This document shows positions 12,683 to 26,680 of a stretch of 64,000 nucleotides of DNA, piece after piece (the first letter of the stretch is position 1; the number at the start of each line of letters is the position of its first letter). This stretch comes from Bugula neritina (Eukaryota; Animalia; Bryozoa): NCBI GenBank assembly GCA_964035545.1, contig OZ037767.1, positions 18,692,259 to 18,756,258 on the forward strand. The letters are read 5' to 3'. The notes under the pieces were generated by a model. That model ran no database searches, was not told the DNA's origin, and saw only the letters and a program-made list of their open reading frames with translations. Made by a program: the position numbers and the translations under genes.

Positions 12683-14799
12683 TATATCAATTATAATGTA
12701 TACTTGTTTTAAATAAACACTACATGAACTTCATAGATACAACTAGCTTATAGGAAAGATGAAATTGAAATTTTAAATGTAAAATGAAAGAAAGACTTTG
12801 CAGAAAATGAATTGCTTGAAAAATGCTGTCCAGAATTCTTTCAGAAACAGAAAGTTGGTCAGTGTTACAGCTGCCAGCATATTCTGTTAGCTTGACAGCC
12901 CTGTTACAGTGTCTGAAACTATAAGTCACTTGACCCAAGATCCTGTTTTAGATTTCTTTGAACAATAATCTCCTAATTGATTATCAATGTACCCTGATGG
13001 TATAAGATGCTTTCATCTGATGACATTATAATAATAATTATAATTAGGTCAATCTATAGTAACATAAATGTATGTTACTGCATCTACAAACTGAATAGGT
13101 ACCAGTATCTCACACTATCACCACGTTTTGTAATAATATTTTCTTTAAATCCTATATACAATATTAACTATAAAAATATCTTTATACACTATGTTAGCTG
13201 ATAACCTTGCTTTCAAGTACAGCTAAGATTTTCTTTAGGAGTAGTTTTTTATCTAACAATGTGAAGGTATATTTATTTAAATAAAACTCAAAAACTCCCA
13301 TCAAATAATATGTAGTACGTAGTTTTACTTTATTAAGTATACGCATCAGCAAATTAAGACCAACAAAAGAAATTATTTAAAGCGTAATAAAAGTTTAAAA
13401 GGTTGTAATATTTTTTATGATTATTATTATAAAGTGATGTATGTATTTTCAGACAAAAGGCTTAGAGAAAAACTTGCTACAGAAACGTGCATTTAACTGC
13501 AATATTGGTAATTATAATATTTATGGTTTCGGAGCAATTTGAAAGAACCACATTTCAATTTACTAAAAATAGGAAAAAGTATAGAAAGTCAAGCAAAGTT
13601 GGAAAAACAACTTCAAGTGTTTAGTTGTATTTGCTGATGTTACATTAGTTTAAGGTGGAAAATGCAAATATTTTAGCAGTTAAATTGTGAAAAAAGCCAA
13701 AATCAAGGATATGAAGTGTGTATACTAAATTAAGTAAAATGATCCTATATAAAAACAGCTTTCATGTTACGCCATCATATATAATTACTTTATTTAATAG
13801 CTCTACTTGCGTTTATTGAGTGGAAATTTTGTGTCATCGTGTTACAATCTTCTCTTGCAACATATGTTAAGTAATTAGGACTAAAACACATCAGATTAGT
13901 TTTGAATAGCTACATACAATAGCAATCTGCTGCAAATATATATCATATAAATTTGATTGAAACCTTTATATTTTTCCTCTTGATTAAGTAGTTTAGCAAA
14001 GATTCAGGAAATATTTTGCCTTACATTACAATGAAACTATTCTTTCACTGGGCATAATATGGTGAGATTTAGGTTGTTGCAAGAGGATGTAACAAAGTTG
14101 CAGAGTAACTATTAAATTCTATACAAACTATAATATTACCATTTAGCACCTTACAATAAATGACAATATGATATGTGGAAATTTATTTTCTAAGTAAAAC
14201 ATGACCCGATAAAGTGCTATTTGATGCCTTATGAAAACCTAATGAACTAGTCAACAACACAAAATTAAAACATTGAGTACGGAAAGTAATAATTACTGTG
14301 AAGCTTCTATTTGAATGTCTCAAGCTAGTCGTCAAAGTAATAATTAAACACCAAAATATGAAAGGAGTTATCCTTCTCTTTGATTATTAGTCTAAACTCA
14401 GCCAACCATGATTTGTCACAAGACAAAAATTTGAACCCATTACCTCCGGATTGGAAGCAGACACTTACTAACTACTGCACCACAGAGGGTATTGGAAATC
14501 TTACTACTACACGAGAATGCAACTCTCAAATATAAGAAAAATAACATTAAACTTGTATGTAGGGTCTAAGAAAGCGTGAGCTAAAAAACCTTTCGTGTAC
14601 TCAAAATAGCAAATAATTGATAAAAAATAATAGAGAGAAATAACTATATTGCTGGCATTTCCACTATAACATTAAATGAAAAAAGATATATAAAGGCTTT
14701 ATTTATAGGCCTATAAAAGAATTAAAGCAAGAAATGACAAGATGAAGACTTAATTGGGCAAAAAACACAATTATTTTATTGCATGAGCGGTGAACATAT

Positions 14800-14821
14800 A
14801 TGTGTGTGTGTGCGTGTGCGT

Positions 14822-14864
<43 letters not shown>

Positions 14865-14907
14865 AGCAGTGACCATGCACACACACACATATATTATATA
14901 TATATTA

Positions 14908-14991
<84 letters not shown>
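14800..14991. repeat. Compound (GT)n/(TA)n/poly-T microsatellite
   Basis: Directly visible. Confidence 0.9.
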
Positions 14992-16102
14992 ATTTGCACC
15001 AAAAAAATCATATATTTCAAAATCAAATGACTTATTGCTAAACAAACACCATGACTGTAATGCATCAGTAGCTTTATTTATAATTGAACTTTCTAGCCGT
15101 TTCAGAACTTGGAAGATCAATGTAGTATTTTCAAGTAGCTAGATTTGAGAAGCAAAAATTTAAATAACATAATTTTAACAATTTGAAACGGCAAATATAT
15201 AATTATGGAGACACACACCTTACTATTTATTAAGTATATCACAATTTGTAGTATATAAAATTGTAAGCAGCATTTAAACCTATACCATATGACATAATGT
15301 GTAAAAAATAGGTGAATTATTACTTTGGTCAGCAGAACTAAGCAAATTATTTAAGCAGAAACATATAGCAAAAGATGGTGATAAAGACGAGTTCAACAGG
15401 GTATTCTGTATAAAAGAGCAATCGGCCAATCAGCAGTTGAGACAAAATTGCAACCCTCTAGTCCTTTTCGTCACCAGAGCTAGTGAAGCATCCGGATTAG
15501 TACTACATGTAATTGCTGCAACAATAAAAGTCATCATTAACTTAGTAAAAGTGATTAGTTGAATACTAATTATAGATCATTTGTTTTTTTCTAAAAACTT
15601 CTATTCTTAAGTCAGAGAGATAATTCCAATAGTTTTCAGCATCCAAACACAGTCAGCATCATAATAATATCATCATGACAGTACTTTTTCTATAGATCAA
15701 TTAGAGGGAAAGCTGGCTGTCAAACATAGGCAAAACTTCAACAGGCTTTTTACGCAGTGTCTTAGCTGACCATAAATGCTTGTAAATATGAAAAAACATT
15801 TTTTCAACATAGCTAAGAGAGCCTAGGCTAGATGAATAAGTTTGGAAAAATAGTAATCAAAAGCAATGTTGCAATATATTAGTTTCTTAGCAGTATTTTT
15901 CCCTGGCTCTTTTGATTGTTTACTATAATCAACATCTTTTTTATATTATCATGTAAAATTGTAATGATTTATAAAGCAAATATGTAGCAGTGTTGTATTT
16001 TTCCACATTTTCACAAACTTATTGTCCCATAAAGATTTAATGTTGCTATTTGTGGTTTTATAAGTATTATATCACTATCAAACAGTAGTGTTGAGATTAC
16101 TT

Positions 16103-16188
16103 AGTAGCCCCTTTAGTGTAATGGTTAGCACAATCGTTTGCAAACTGGAAGGCCCGGGTTATAATCCAGTGTGGGCAAAAGTTTTTTT
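16103..16188 (+). mobile_element. tRNA-derived SINE head (family 1)
   Basis: A-box-like TAGTGTAATGGTTAGC and B-box-like GGTTATAATCC, then GGCAAAAGTTTT; related minus-strand copies at about 20088-20270, 14430-14490 and 37146-37198. Confidence 0.55.
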
Positions 16189-16399
16189 ACAAGCCATAAA
16201 ACATAGCTGCTAATATTACAACTATATGCACTGAGCCATTATGTTTCTAATCAATTGGTAAAATTTTGATTTTTCCCTAAACCTAAGCATTTAGGTAAAA
16301 TTTGGTGCCCAAACTGCATGATGACTATAGCTAGTTCGCCATGTGAGAGAATGATATAAGTGTAGCTAATAGAGCCAACTTACAATCAAAGACAGCAAT

Positions 16400-19300
16400 T
16401 TATTTTGATCCTGGTGCAGATGCTGGTTCAACTACACGTTCATCTATTAGATTCTCATCAGATGAAGGATGTTCCGACAATTCTTCCTGGTCACCGTCGT
16501 CATCTTCTTGACCTTCACCTAACCAAATAAGAATTCAATAACAGTTAATATAAGATAATTCATGCAAAATTGTTAATTAATTTTCATAACTATTACTACT
16601 CAACTATGGCAGCTATAGTCAGGCAGCTAGAGCACTGGCTTAGCAAACACAATGTCAGTGGTTTGACTTCCATTAAAAGATGTTGGTTGTGCATGGTACA
16701 AGATTTCAGTCTAATTTCATTCTTGCCACAGCAGAAAAGAAGACTTTAATTTACTTTCCAAAAAATTTTGTTTCAGATGTTTTCACAGTGACTATAAATT
16801 CTTGTAATGTTATTAAAAGAATGGCTTATACTATTCAATATAATAAATTTGAAACTATCAAACTCTTTAAGCAGCCATGTCGAAGTGGTATAAGTCAATG
16901 ATTAAAGATCACTGCACAAAGTGGAATGCTATTCTTTTCAAAATATTTTAAACACAGACACTGGAGTATGTAAATTTCTTCTACAATAGTTTTTCCAGGA
17001 TTATCCAGTTTTTAAATTGATTCTTAAAGTTCCAAAGAACAAATTATTTCAGAGTGTTTTGAGGCAAGACTCTATAGTATTTACCTATAAATAGAACCAT
17101 ACATGTTATTGCTATAAGTACCATATAATAGTTATCAATCAGTTTAAAAACTAATTACCTTATAAGCATTAAAATACTTAAATAATGTTGATAAATCTAG
17201 CAAACATACAAATCACAAAACTTGTTATTCTTTTAAAGTGTGCATTATAGGCACTAACAGGTGCAATCAAAGTATATCTATAGTATTTAACTAATCACGT
17301 ACCAGTTGAGTCTCCAGAAGGTGATACAGCTTCTGTGGAACCAACTATATTTTCCAAACAACTTTCAGGTACAGGACTTGTTGACATTTTATCAATCCCT
17401 GAAGTAGAATTTTTTGCACTGGCAAAATTAAATCGAGCTTCACTTGACCCACTTTTGCCATGTAAAGAAGTTGCTTCATCAGCTGAATCTTCTACAAGAA
17501 ATTCATAAGCATCAAATTGTTTTTTAATAATATGGTTACTAAATAATAATTTTTCCAAATTTCATACCTGCGGATCATTTTATTTGATTGATTACACATT
17601 TGAAACTTTTACGTTTCAGCTATTTTTCACAGTTTAATTGCTATTTTATATGCTTTTTTGCCTAAAACTAATAAAATATAAATAAATACAATTGAATAAT
17701 TGAGATTTTTTTAAATTTTGATTCGATGACCATGTTTATTTTTAATTATTTGGTCAATTTTAGTTTGCTGGCTGTCACGATAAAAGCGTCCCGCTCCACA
17801 AATCTAAATTGGCTAAGAAATTAAGCAAAAACATAAAAAATCAAGCAAAATTGCAAGTAATCTCAATTAATTAATTGCACTTTTAAAATCCTTATTAGTT
17901 TAGAGCAAAACCCCATATACATACATTAGCAGCAATAAATTGTAAAAATTAGCTAAAAACTGAAGATTTCGAGTGTATAAGAATTTGAGTAAATACATGA
18001 CCTTAACCTACTGTGAGCTGTTTACCTTCATGAGATCTGTTGTTTTTAGATTTGTCTGCACCAGATGAAGCTCCTTGTTGCTCAAGATCAACTTGCAACT
18101 GTTTACCAGGAAATGAACTATGCTTAGGAGTAACACCTTTTTTGATTTTTCTTTTGCCAGGTGGAGAGCTAGCTTTCTGGGATTGAACTTCTGTTAACTG
18201 AGCTATAATATATGACCCAAAAGAGCTAGGAATCTTAGCAACAAGTATACATGATATATGGCGATTCTAAAGACCATAGTTACTTATGCTCAATTTTTTT
18301 TATTGTTTCATATGAGTATATTCTAGTCCAATACATAGCAATTTTTTGGTAAAGTTCAGCTTGACCTAATTAAGCATGCAATTATAAAATAAAAATATAA
18401 AAAATTTATAAATGGTTTTAATTGCTTAGGTTTCTTCCATCACAAATGGTATTAATTAAAATTTGTGTGCCATAAATAAAACATTTATACCATTTGTTAA
18501 AATACCATCATCTCAATGTTTTAAGAGTTACCTACCTCTAGAATCACTGACTGATGAACCGTCTGTAGTTTCAAGTAGAAGACTCACTCTTTCTTCATCG
18601 TTATTAGCAAACTCAACAGACGGATGTCTACTTGTGCTAGGTTGATTATTCCTACCATTTCTTGTCTGTCGTAGTCTATGACTAGCTGTTGAGTCTACAA
18701 GCAAAAAAGGTTTTTAAATTATTTACACAATGGTGTTATAGGTATTTGAGTGTCTTGAATTTTTTTGTTTTTTTGTTATCTACTTAAAAAAGCCAAGTAA
18801 ATCACAAATATTAAATTTATGTTCGTTTTTAATCTCTAATCACGTGACTTACTGTAATAACAATATTTGTTAATTCAATTCACAAAGCACATTATTTTGT
18901 CTAAATGAACAACACATTTTAGTTATCTTGATCAGATAATATTTAAAAATACTCTCAAAACATAATCTTTCACAAAATAGATAAGCCAAACATTTGTATT
19001 TGCGGATATTAAATCTACCTGTTTTTTGAGTAGTATTTTTTAAAGAGTTCAATCCGCTTTGCACTAAAGGAGCAGGAGCATTTGAAGGATCTGTAAGCAG
19101 AAGAAAAACAGAAAGTATCAGAACCTGCAATTTTTATCAATTAAAAGTATCCAAAATGCATCTTTGAATCTTTAAAATTCGTCAAAATGTACATATAGTG
19201 TGACCCTAAGTATATATAGAAAATTAGCAAGTTTACAGTAACAGTTACCAGTTGTACTAAAGCCTTTTGAAGTTTGCCTTCTTGATTTACACGTATAAAT

Positions 19301-20963
19301 AATAGCTCCAACAATTCCAAATACTATCACTGTAACGAGGATAGCAATTACGGGGACATAGACATTAGCTTGTGGTGTTTCTGAACTCGGCTTGCTTTTA
19401 TCAGTTGGGTTCTCTACAACAGAAACTTTCGGCATTTAAAATATTTTATTGCCATTCGAGGCATAGTAATATGGCAAATTTGAATGTTAGTTTACTTTTT
19501 TAGTTTTAATTTTCAACTTACGTAGGTGATTTGTCACATTTGACTTCTCCAGAGTTGTAGCAGTGGATGTAGTTGTTAGGATGTTGAGTTGCTGTTCACA
19601 GTAGTCCAAGTAATAATCTAAAAGTACAATAAATAAAAAAACATGTCTAAAAGTGCATTCATTACCTAGTATTGTTTTTAACAGTTCAGAAACTAATCTA
19701 CCTGGATATTTTTTATGGCAACAAGTTGAGGCTGAATTTCAAAAATATTTTATAAACTAGCGGTTGAACTTAACCAGAAATTGTGAGTTACAGCTTTAAG
19801 AACACAAAATATAAACTTGGACTAGCATGACATGTTTAGGAAACTGAGAGCAATACTTGAACATTCTCCAGTGCAGAGGGCGGCATCTCTGGACCCAACT
19901 ACTCTGTTATTGCAGATCGGACCACAACTTTTATATTGATTTAGTCTTTCCAAAGCGAAGCATCCCTCTACTGCCTTTTGAAACTTGGCGCCATCTGAGT
20001 CACACTTGGCGTCTGTATATTTTGTTTTGTTCCCAGAGCAAATCCAAATCCTGTTAATTAAATATTTTCAAAAAAATAAATGCTATAAAACTTTTGCCTT
20101 CACTGGGATTTGAGCCCAGGACATCCTAGCTTGTTAAAAAGCATACTACTATTACACCACAGAGGCTACTAGCTTGTTAACAAGCATACTACTATTACAC
20201 CACAGAGGCTACTAGCTTGTTCACAAGCATACTACTATTACACCACAGAGGCTACTAGCTGTTAACTCAACACTGCAATATTAAAAACCCTTGATATGTC
20301 GGCGTTTTTTCAATTTTCACACTTGATTATATTATAACAGCAGATTTTCCGTAGAAGGTTTTCCTTTCTAAAGATTGTTAAAAACTGCAAGGCTGTTTCT
20401 TGCCATAAAAATCTTTAAAGCTTGAGCAAATCATATTTAAATTATAATAAACATAAACTGTTACAAACATTTATTGCTTCACCGCTCAAACAGCTTAATT
20501 ATTTTCACCTTCAACTACAACTATCAAAAAGCAATCTTTCACACCATTATAATAATATATTACATTATATTATTGTTACATAAATGACATTTTGATGGTG
20601 CATGTCATATCAATATGCTGCAACATGCCACGATACATATTAAATAAAATAATTGATCTTAATAAATTGTATCCTAAATTACAGTCATTTTATTAAATGC
20701 ATTATTATTTTAATAAACATGTTGTCTTATCTTCTTACAGGTATCATATATATACAATTGTACCATATTATGTTGCCTCTGTGTATAACATGTGCTACAT
20801 TATTATAATAATAATTTCTACAAATATTATTGTCATGATAGTTATATCTATTATCAAAACCTTACTTGGTATTTGGATTAGTAGTGACAGCAGAAAGTAT
20901 TGTAGACACCATGACTGACCACACCATGACCAACACAACGGCGTATCTCACAGTCTTATTCAT
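16400..20963 (-). CDS. Grindelwald-like TNF receptor superfamily type I membrane protein, copy 1, 422 aa, 9 coding exons
   Basis: Exons 20963-20866, 20050-19857, 19617-19522, 19413-19249, 19090-19019, 18694-18536, 18202-18026, 17491-17303, 16518-16400; all GT/AG and phase-consistent (1269 nt). Signal peptide MNKTVRYAVVLVMVWSVMVSTILSA; 8-Cys ectodomain ending KSCGPICNNRVVGSRDAALCTGECSNYYLDYC; Thr-rich stalk; TM VYVPVIAILVTVIVFGIVGAIIYTC; long disordered tail with PVPES; no death domain. The Cx3CNN...DAxLCxxECSxY pattern matches Drosophila Grindelwald as recalled from memory. Gene model is more certain than the family call. Confidence 0.8.
17565..18003. mobile_element. Degenerate foldback/MITE element (same family as 53062-53490)
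   Basis: Imperfect long inverted repeat (e.g. TTCAGCTATTTTTCACA vs TGTAAAAATTAGCTAAAA) inside receptor-1 intron 7, similar to the well-preserved copy at 53 kb. Confidence 0.55.
20088..20270 (-). mobile_element. tRNA-derived SINE (family 1) with internal 43-bp triplication
   Basis: GGATTTGAGCCC (reverse B box); unit CTAGCTTGTTAA(C/A)AAGCATACTACTATTACACCACAGAGGCTA repeated 3 times from 20126 to 20254; absent from the equivalent intron of receptor copy 2. Confidence 0.6.
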
Positions 20964-23479
20964 AATTCTGTAAATATTATATAACCATTGAGATATAGTA
21001 TAAAATTGAGTAATACTATCATGGGAAGTACTTTATCAAAGCAACTGGTCTCCAAGTAGTTGCTTATAGCTAACATTAGGTAACACTTTTAATTAAACTA
21101 CAATACTTTAGAGTGTTACTAAATATAGACAGCACCTTTATAAAAATTTACAAGCAGTACCTAGTTTATAGCTTACGAAAAGTAGAGCTCGAAGTTATAG
21201 GCAGAACAAGTTATAAGCAGAATATCTACTAAAAATACACCAAAATTAAGCAATATAATTAGACAACACCTTTTGCTAAAATTAGACACCACTTGCACAG
21301 TGTTGGTCAAAAGATACCACAAGATACAATCATACAAGCTCTTCTATGTGATAACTGATAAGTAATATTATCTTTGCCTGTCAAAGGCTAAATAGTGTTG
21401 AAAAATTTACCAACATAAACCACAAGTTACCACTATTGCGTTTTAACACAATCATGTATAATGTAAAAATAATGTATTCATTGTATTTGGGCAAAATGAT
21501 GTCATATTCACATCATGCACATAACTGTTACATTTATATTTCTCTCAAATAGTTCTTCAGGTATATCTTTATACTATTTAGTTGATGTACTAAAACAGAA
21601 AATATACAAAGTTGTAACAAAAGCCTAGCCATGCATGCTAAATTTGTTGAAAAACATTGTAGTTATTATAGTACCTAAATTATCGAAATTTTGTTTTAAA
21701 TTCTAGATTAGAAAAAATTGTCTTTTCAAATAATAATATTTACAAATCATTTAGCTAAGTAATGTTAAATTTAGAATCTAAAATTGAGTCAAAACTGTGT
21801 TGATTCTTGTTATAACATTTACTGACATAGAAAATTAATCTAGGGCTAGGTTTATTATATTACTCTAGGTATTGATTAGGTAAAATCGCAAAGTTTGAGG
21901 GGAATTTTCTTAAAAATTCTAGCTTATAGCTATTATATAGGTATATTTGAATTGATTATTCTAAAACAGCTCCTTTTATTCATGAGTGTGTTTTACATTA
22001 GAGAGGCCTTTAGCTGTTTTCCAATCCAGTTCTTTAACTGCATAAAATACTAGGGGGGGGGGGGAATGAATATTAACAGCTTAAGTTTTTACATGTAATG
22101 TAGAGATGTTTGCTAGAAAATAATTGAATCCTATATTCTAGAAATTTCAACGATTGGTTTAGGTACTTGAAATTTTAGGAGCAATTGAAACTACCTCTAT
22201 ACAAATGCTCTACGGTGTTGGATAAACTACTGATAAGAAGAGTACTAAAGTTTATTACGGATCATGTATAGTTAATGCGTATATTTAGATAAGAAAAAAA
22301 TTTGTGGGTAGTTTAGGAAGGTTTTAGTAAACAGTGACTACGATAGGGTTGTCCCAAATATAAAACAAACAATTTAGCTCTTCAGGTGTATAATAAACAC
22401 CCACCCAAAACTTTGTATTTATAAATGAAAAACTTCAAAATATTTTTAAATGGGCTGACAAACCACATACATCTTCGATTTCATAAATCGCATTGAATCA
22501 TGAGCAAACCACAGCAGAGATTGCTCAACTTTTACTCTAATAACTATGTATAGTACTCGAACTATAATCACGCAGTATGTCATTTATTATAGCACACATA
22601 TATATAGTCTCTTCCAACATTAAAGTGAAGCCCTATATCTGCTACATTTTGTACTCTAATGTCAGACTTCTTTTTAAAGTGGATCACTTGAAGTTGATAA
22701 AGTAATATGAAGATGTGACTACATACATTCTTTGAACTCATAGACATAAAATATTTGGATAGTAAATGACAGTGCATTTAAAATGCTAAAAAATTTTAAC
22801 TTGTAAATGAAATCTTGAAGCATAGTATATAGCAGTATATGTTGCATATATAACAACAGTCACGAATCATTCAAATTGAGCCTACTGCAACAATTGAAAT
22901 GCACTCTTTGAAAAGGACCTTACTTTTGAAATGAGAACAAATCATTGTTGCATTAGCAAGTTGGCATTTCAAAGCTGACCTACTTTTTAACTGAAGCGGG
23001 TAGTTGTTAAACATTTAGCTATTCTGGAATTTGACTTTGCAATCATTTCACCTAGAGCTTTGCGTGTCCACCGACTATGCCAAAATTTTAGTATAAATCA
23101 AAGTCAAAATTATTTCAAAGAATTAACTTGAATAATACTATTGGGCAGCACCAGTATATACACTTTGAACTCAAATGTAATATAGAATGATGTACTAAAA
23201 GTCAAATGTAAGTTTTGCTCTACTAAAATTAATTTTGTAAGCATCATTGATTGACCATTTTTGGCTAATCGTCATATTAAGTTTATTGAGATACATCATG
23301 CTAGAGTTTATGGGGAGAAATCAAACTGTAGTTTACTGCTACACAGAACAGACATTACATACTAATTGTGTTACTGTTGTTATTAGTAATATATCAGCTA
23401 CTTTATAATAAGAGGTTAGTGAAGCAGGTTTTTGAGAGAGCAGGGTTACTACTACAGATAAAAAGCAAACTTCAAACTA

Positions 23480-25113
23480 ATAAAAGTACATATAACCATA
23501 TATTATCAAAAGTACTTCAGACATGAAAAATTTGCATGGTATGGATTACAACTAACAAATGAGAACGTCAGTAAGCAACTGCTATCGAGAGGGCCGAATG
23601 AAATAAGTTGAATAATAACTACATAGGCTACACAGTTAAGAAAGTGTTCATCCCTGAGGAATGACATGGTCTAAGGTAGTCTAGATTGCTCTATAAGTTT
23701 GTGGAGGGAGTCCTCAATAAACTATAGCTCCCTAGTAGTTGCCAAGATTGGCGAAGGGGGAACCTCTCTTATTTTGCCACTGATATATTGACAATGTAGA
23801 GTCCCGAGAGTGGGAACGCTGGACATGCTGCTTGGCCGAGGTAATATTAGTGTCAGCTCTGTGTAACACCACTCTTGGTAACCACCGAGGAGGGAAGGAA
23901 CGAGAAATCTCTGTCTCCGGCCTCTTATGGTGTGAGAGCCTGAGCATGGTCTTGTTGGCCTTGGTGTTCGCCTGTTTCCTGGGCTTTCTGATTGGCTGGG
24001 CGACCTCCTGAGGTAAGGATTGACGGTGATGAGAACCTTTAACTGCCATCGTGGGTGTACCCACATGATTTAACGTCACTGGGTGATGCGGGCAAAGCTG
24101 GTCAGAGGATGCTAACTTAGCGGGCGATTTCGTCTGATCAGGTTCTGGAACAGGTCCGGGTGGTATTGATGTAAGTCCAGCTTTTACTGCATCGGCATAA
24201 CTCTGAGGCCAGGTATTACAACTCTCCACGTAACCCACCGCTTGGCTCATTAATGTACCGCTTTGTACGCAGTCACACACAAAACCTTGGAGGTAAGGTG
24301 GGGGTTGTCTAGAGCGCTGACCCTTCTCCAAATACGACGGTGCCTTTACAGATGGACTCGAAAGTTCCACGGGTGGGGCTACCGGCTCTGAGATGGATGG
24401 TTCCATACTGACTTCCCCTGGAGCTTCCAAGGTGGGGTTCCTCCCCTCTGTGGGGGTCTCCACCTCCAGGCCCGGCTTGGGTTCTAAAAGTGATGGCATC
24501 AAATCTGGCACTAAAGGTGGTAGACTCACTTCCAGTGGTGGAAGCGGTCGTTCGTCCCTTGTCAGTTCTTCCTCCCGCGGCACGACCACCTTATACTCAG
24601 GTTTGTGCCGCTGCCGCCCGCGCATTGCCGTCTGCCTCTTGGGCTCTAACAGCAAAGGAGCTTCTTTCACCGCATTGGGGCTAGCCCAATGCGGCTTCAA
24701 GCGAGCCTCATTCTGGATAGACACTTGTCCTAAGAGCTCGATTTTGTAGGTATGATTGGGCATCACCTCGACTACTAAATAGCTTAGCCGCTTGTCCACG
24801 ACGCCTAGGGTGGTTGGCCTTCCAAACCCAGTCCCCCACCCAGTAGAGGGGAGGCTCTTCAGTGTCCTTGCTCCGCACCTGTCATTGCTTCTCTTGAGGC
24901 ATTTTGTGTGCAGCCCTCATACGTTCTACCAGTTCACCTACATACCCATGGACAGAGTTATCATGATCAGGAACATGGTAGGCGAGGTGGTCGGGGAACC
25001 GGGTCTCTTGGCCAAGCACTAGGAGGTTGGGAATCTCACCCATACTGGTATGTGGGGTGCTGCGGTATGCCCGCATGACTTGCGGAAGCACCCTATCCCA
25101 TTCCTCCTAACCT
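23480..25113 (-). mobile_element. Ty3/Gypsy LTR retrotransposon fragment (integrase C-terminal region and probable 3' LTR), degenerate
   Basis: GC-rich island; translates to EEWDRVLPQVMRAYRSTPHTSMGEIPNLLVLGQETRFP and YLVVEVMPNHTYKIE...NEARLKP (Gypsy integrase end and GPY/F region) with frameshifts; purine-rich AAGAGTGG followed by TGTTACA at 23868 suggests PPT and LTR start. Confidence 0.8.
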
Positions 25114-25142
25114 GCAGTAACGTATCCTACAGCCATATTCAT
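25113..25142 (-). pseudogene. Truncated first coding exon of a fourth Grindelwald-like receptor paralogue
   Basis: tttacag-aact-ATG AAT ATG GCT GTA GGA TAC (MNMAVGY, cf. MNKTVRY and MNTTMRY), fused after about 10 codons to Gypsy sequence; upstream 25150-29250 is paralogous to 20970-23477 and 55260-58950. Confidence 0.75.
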
Positions 25143-26466
25143 AGTTCTGTAAATAATATAATCCCCTAGCTTCAATATAAATTCGAGTAATATTATAACT
25201 TGAATCCTTTTATCAAATCAACTGGTCCCCAAGCAGTTGGTTAGCTAACACTAGTGACTAGAGTGTTACTAAATATAGACAGCACCGTTATGAAAATTTA
25301 TAAACAGTACCTAGTTTATAGTTTACTAAAAATAGAGCTCAAAGTTATAGGCAAAATATATCTACTAGAATTACACGACAATCAAGCAATATAATTAGAA
25401 GACAACCAAATTAGACACCACTTGCACAGCGTTTGTCAAAATATTTAACAATATACAGTCATACAAGCGCTTCTATTTGATAAACAATATTCCTTTCAGA
25501 CCTGTCAAAAGCTAACTAAGAGCAATGGTGTTGAGAAATTTTACCAACATAAAACGCAATTGTTACCACCACTGTATAATACGCAATCATGTATAATACA
25601 AGGAGTGATGTATACAATGTATTGAGTTGAAATGATGGCTCATTTACATCACACACATAACTGTGCTACTTATTTACATTATTCTCTCATGAAAATAAGT
25701 TTTTAAATATATCTGTATGATATACTATTTAGTTGATGTACTAAAAAAAGATACCATAAAAATTTACAACAAAAACCTAGCCAAGCATGCAAATTGCACG
25801 ATACACTATTTGAATGTACACCTTTTATAAGAAGGGGAATTATTTTGTAGTTGATTGTGATGACTAACATATTTCATAGGTATTTTAAGTGCTTTAAAAT
25901 GCAATCAATACAATACGGTAAAAACACTGTAGTTACTAGTTATAGCTAACTTATAGAGGCTGTGTTTTAACTCCAGATTGGAAAACATGCATTGCATTTC
26001 AAATCAAGTTATTTAGAAGTCATTTGAACGTATATGCTGCTCTGGGCTCTGAAAAAATTAGCTATAATACTAAATTTGAAATGTAAAATTAGATCAAGAT
26101 TGTTTTAATTTACTATTGATTATAATATTTACTGATGCAGAAAATAAATCTAGGGCTATGTATATTATTATCTGATTATAGATATTGATTCGGTAAAACT
26201 CAAAGTTTGAATGGAATTTTCTCAGAAATTCAGTTAGCCATTATATAAGCATATTTGATTTGATCATTCTATAATAGCTCGTCTTAATCTGAGTGTATTT
26301 CACATTAGAGAGTTTTAGCTGTTTTACTATATCCAATGCAGTTTTTTAACTACATGAAATAAGGAAAAATATTCACTTAAAGTTTTTGCATGCAACTGTA
26401 GAGAAGTTTGCTAAGGAATAATTAAATCATAATATGTTCTAAAAGTGGTAATTTGATTTGTTCAGA

Positions 26467-26680
26467 GGAAGCAGTCGTGGTCTAGGGGTTAAAGCGTTTG
26501 CTTACAGTAAACATGAAGTCATGGGTTAGAACTCCAGTGAAATATATTGATTGGTGATGTTAGGAAGAGCCTTCAGTCATAATTGTTCCTGTGTCACACA
26601 TGAATATAAGTTCTTAGTCCAATTTAACAAAAAACCCCTTCCATCATAGGATGGTGACTATAAACTTGCAAGAGTGTTAT
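26467..26680 (+). mobile_element. tRNA-derived SINE (family 2)
   Basis: GGAAGCAGTCGTGGTCTAGGGGTTAAAGCG...GGTTAGAACTCC head plus TTGGTGATGTTAGGAAGA core shared with 57761 and 35560; insertion relative to the paralogous upstream regions; TGATTTG on both sides. Confidence 0.7.

Noticed and set aside
12720-12938. 72-aa minus-strand ORF with two Cys
   Set aside because: No partner exons, paralogue or motif found to support it.
16103-16188. tRNA gene (also 26467, 57761)
   Set aside because: A/B boxes present but no complete cloverleaf; dispersed diverged copies, some with target-site duplications, indicate SINEs.
23732-24799. 355-aa ORF as a host gene
   Set aside because: Intronless GC-rich island continuous with Gypsy integrase motifs; it is the pol tail running into the probable LTR.
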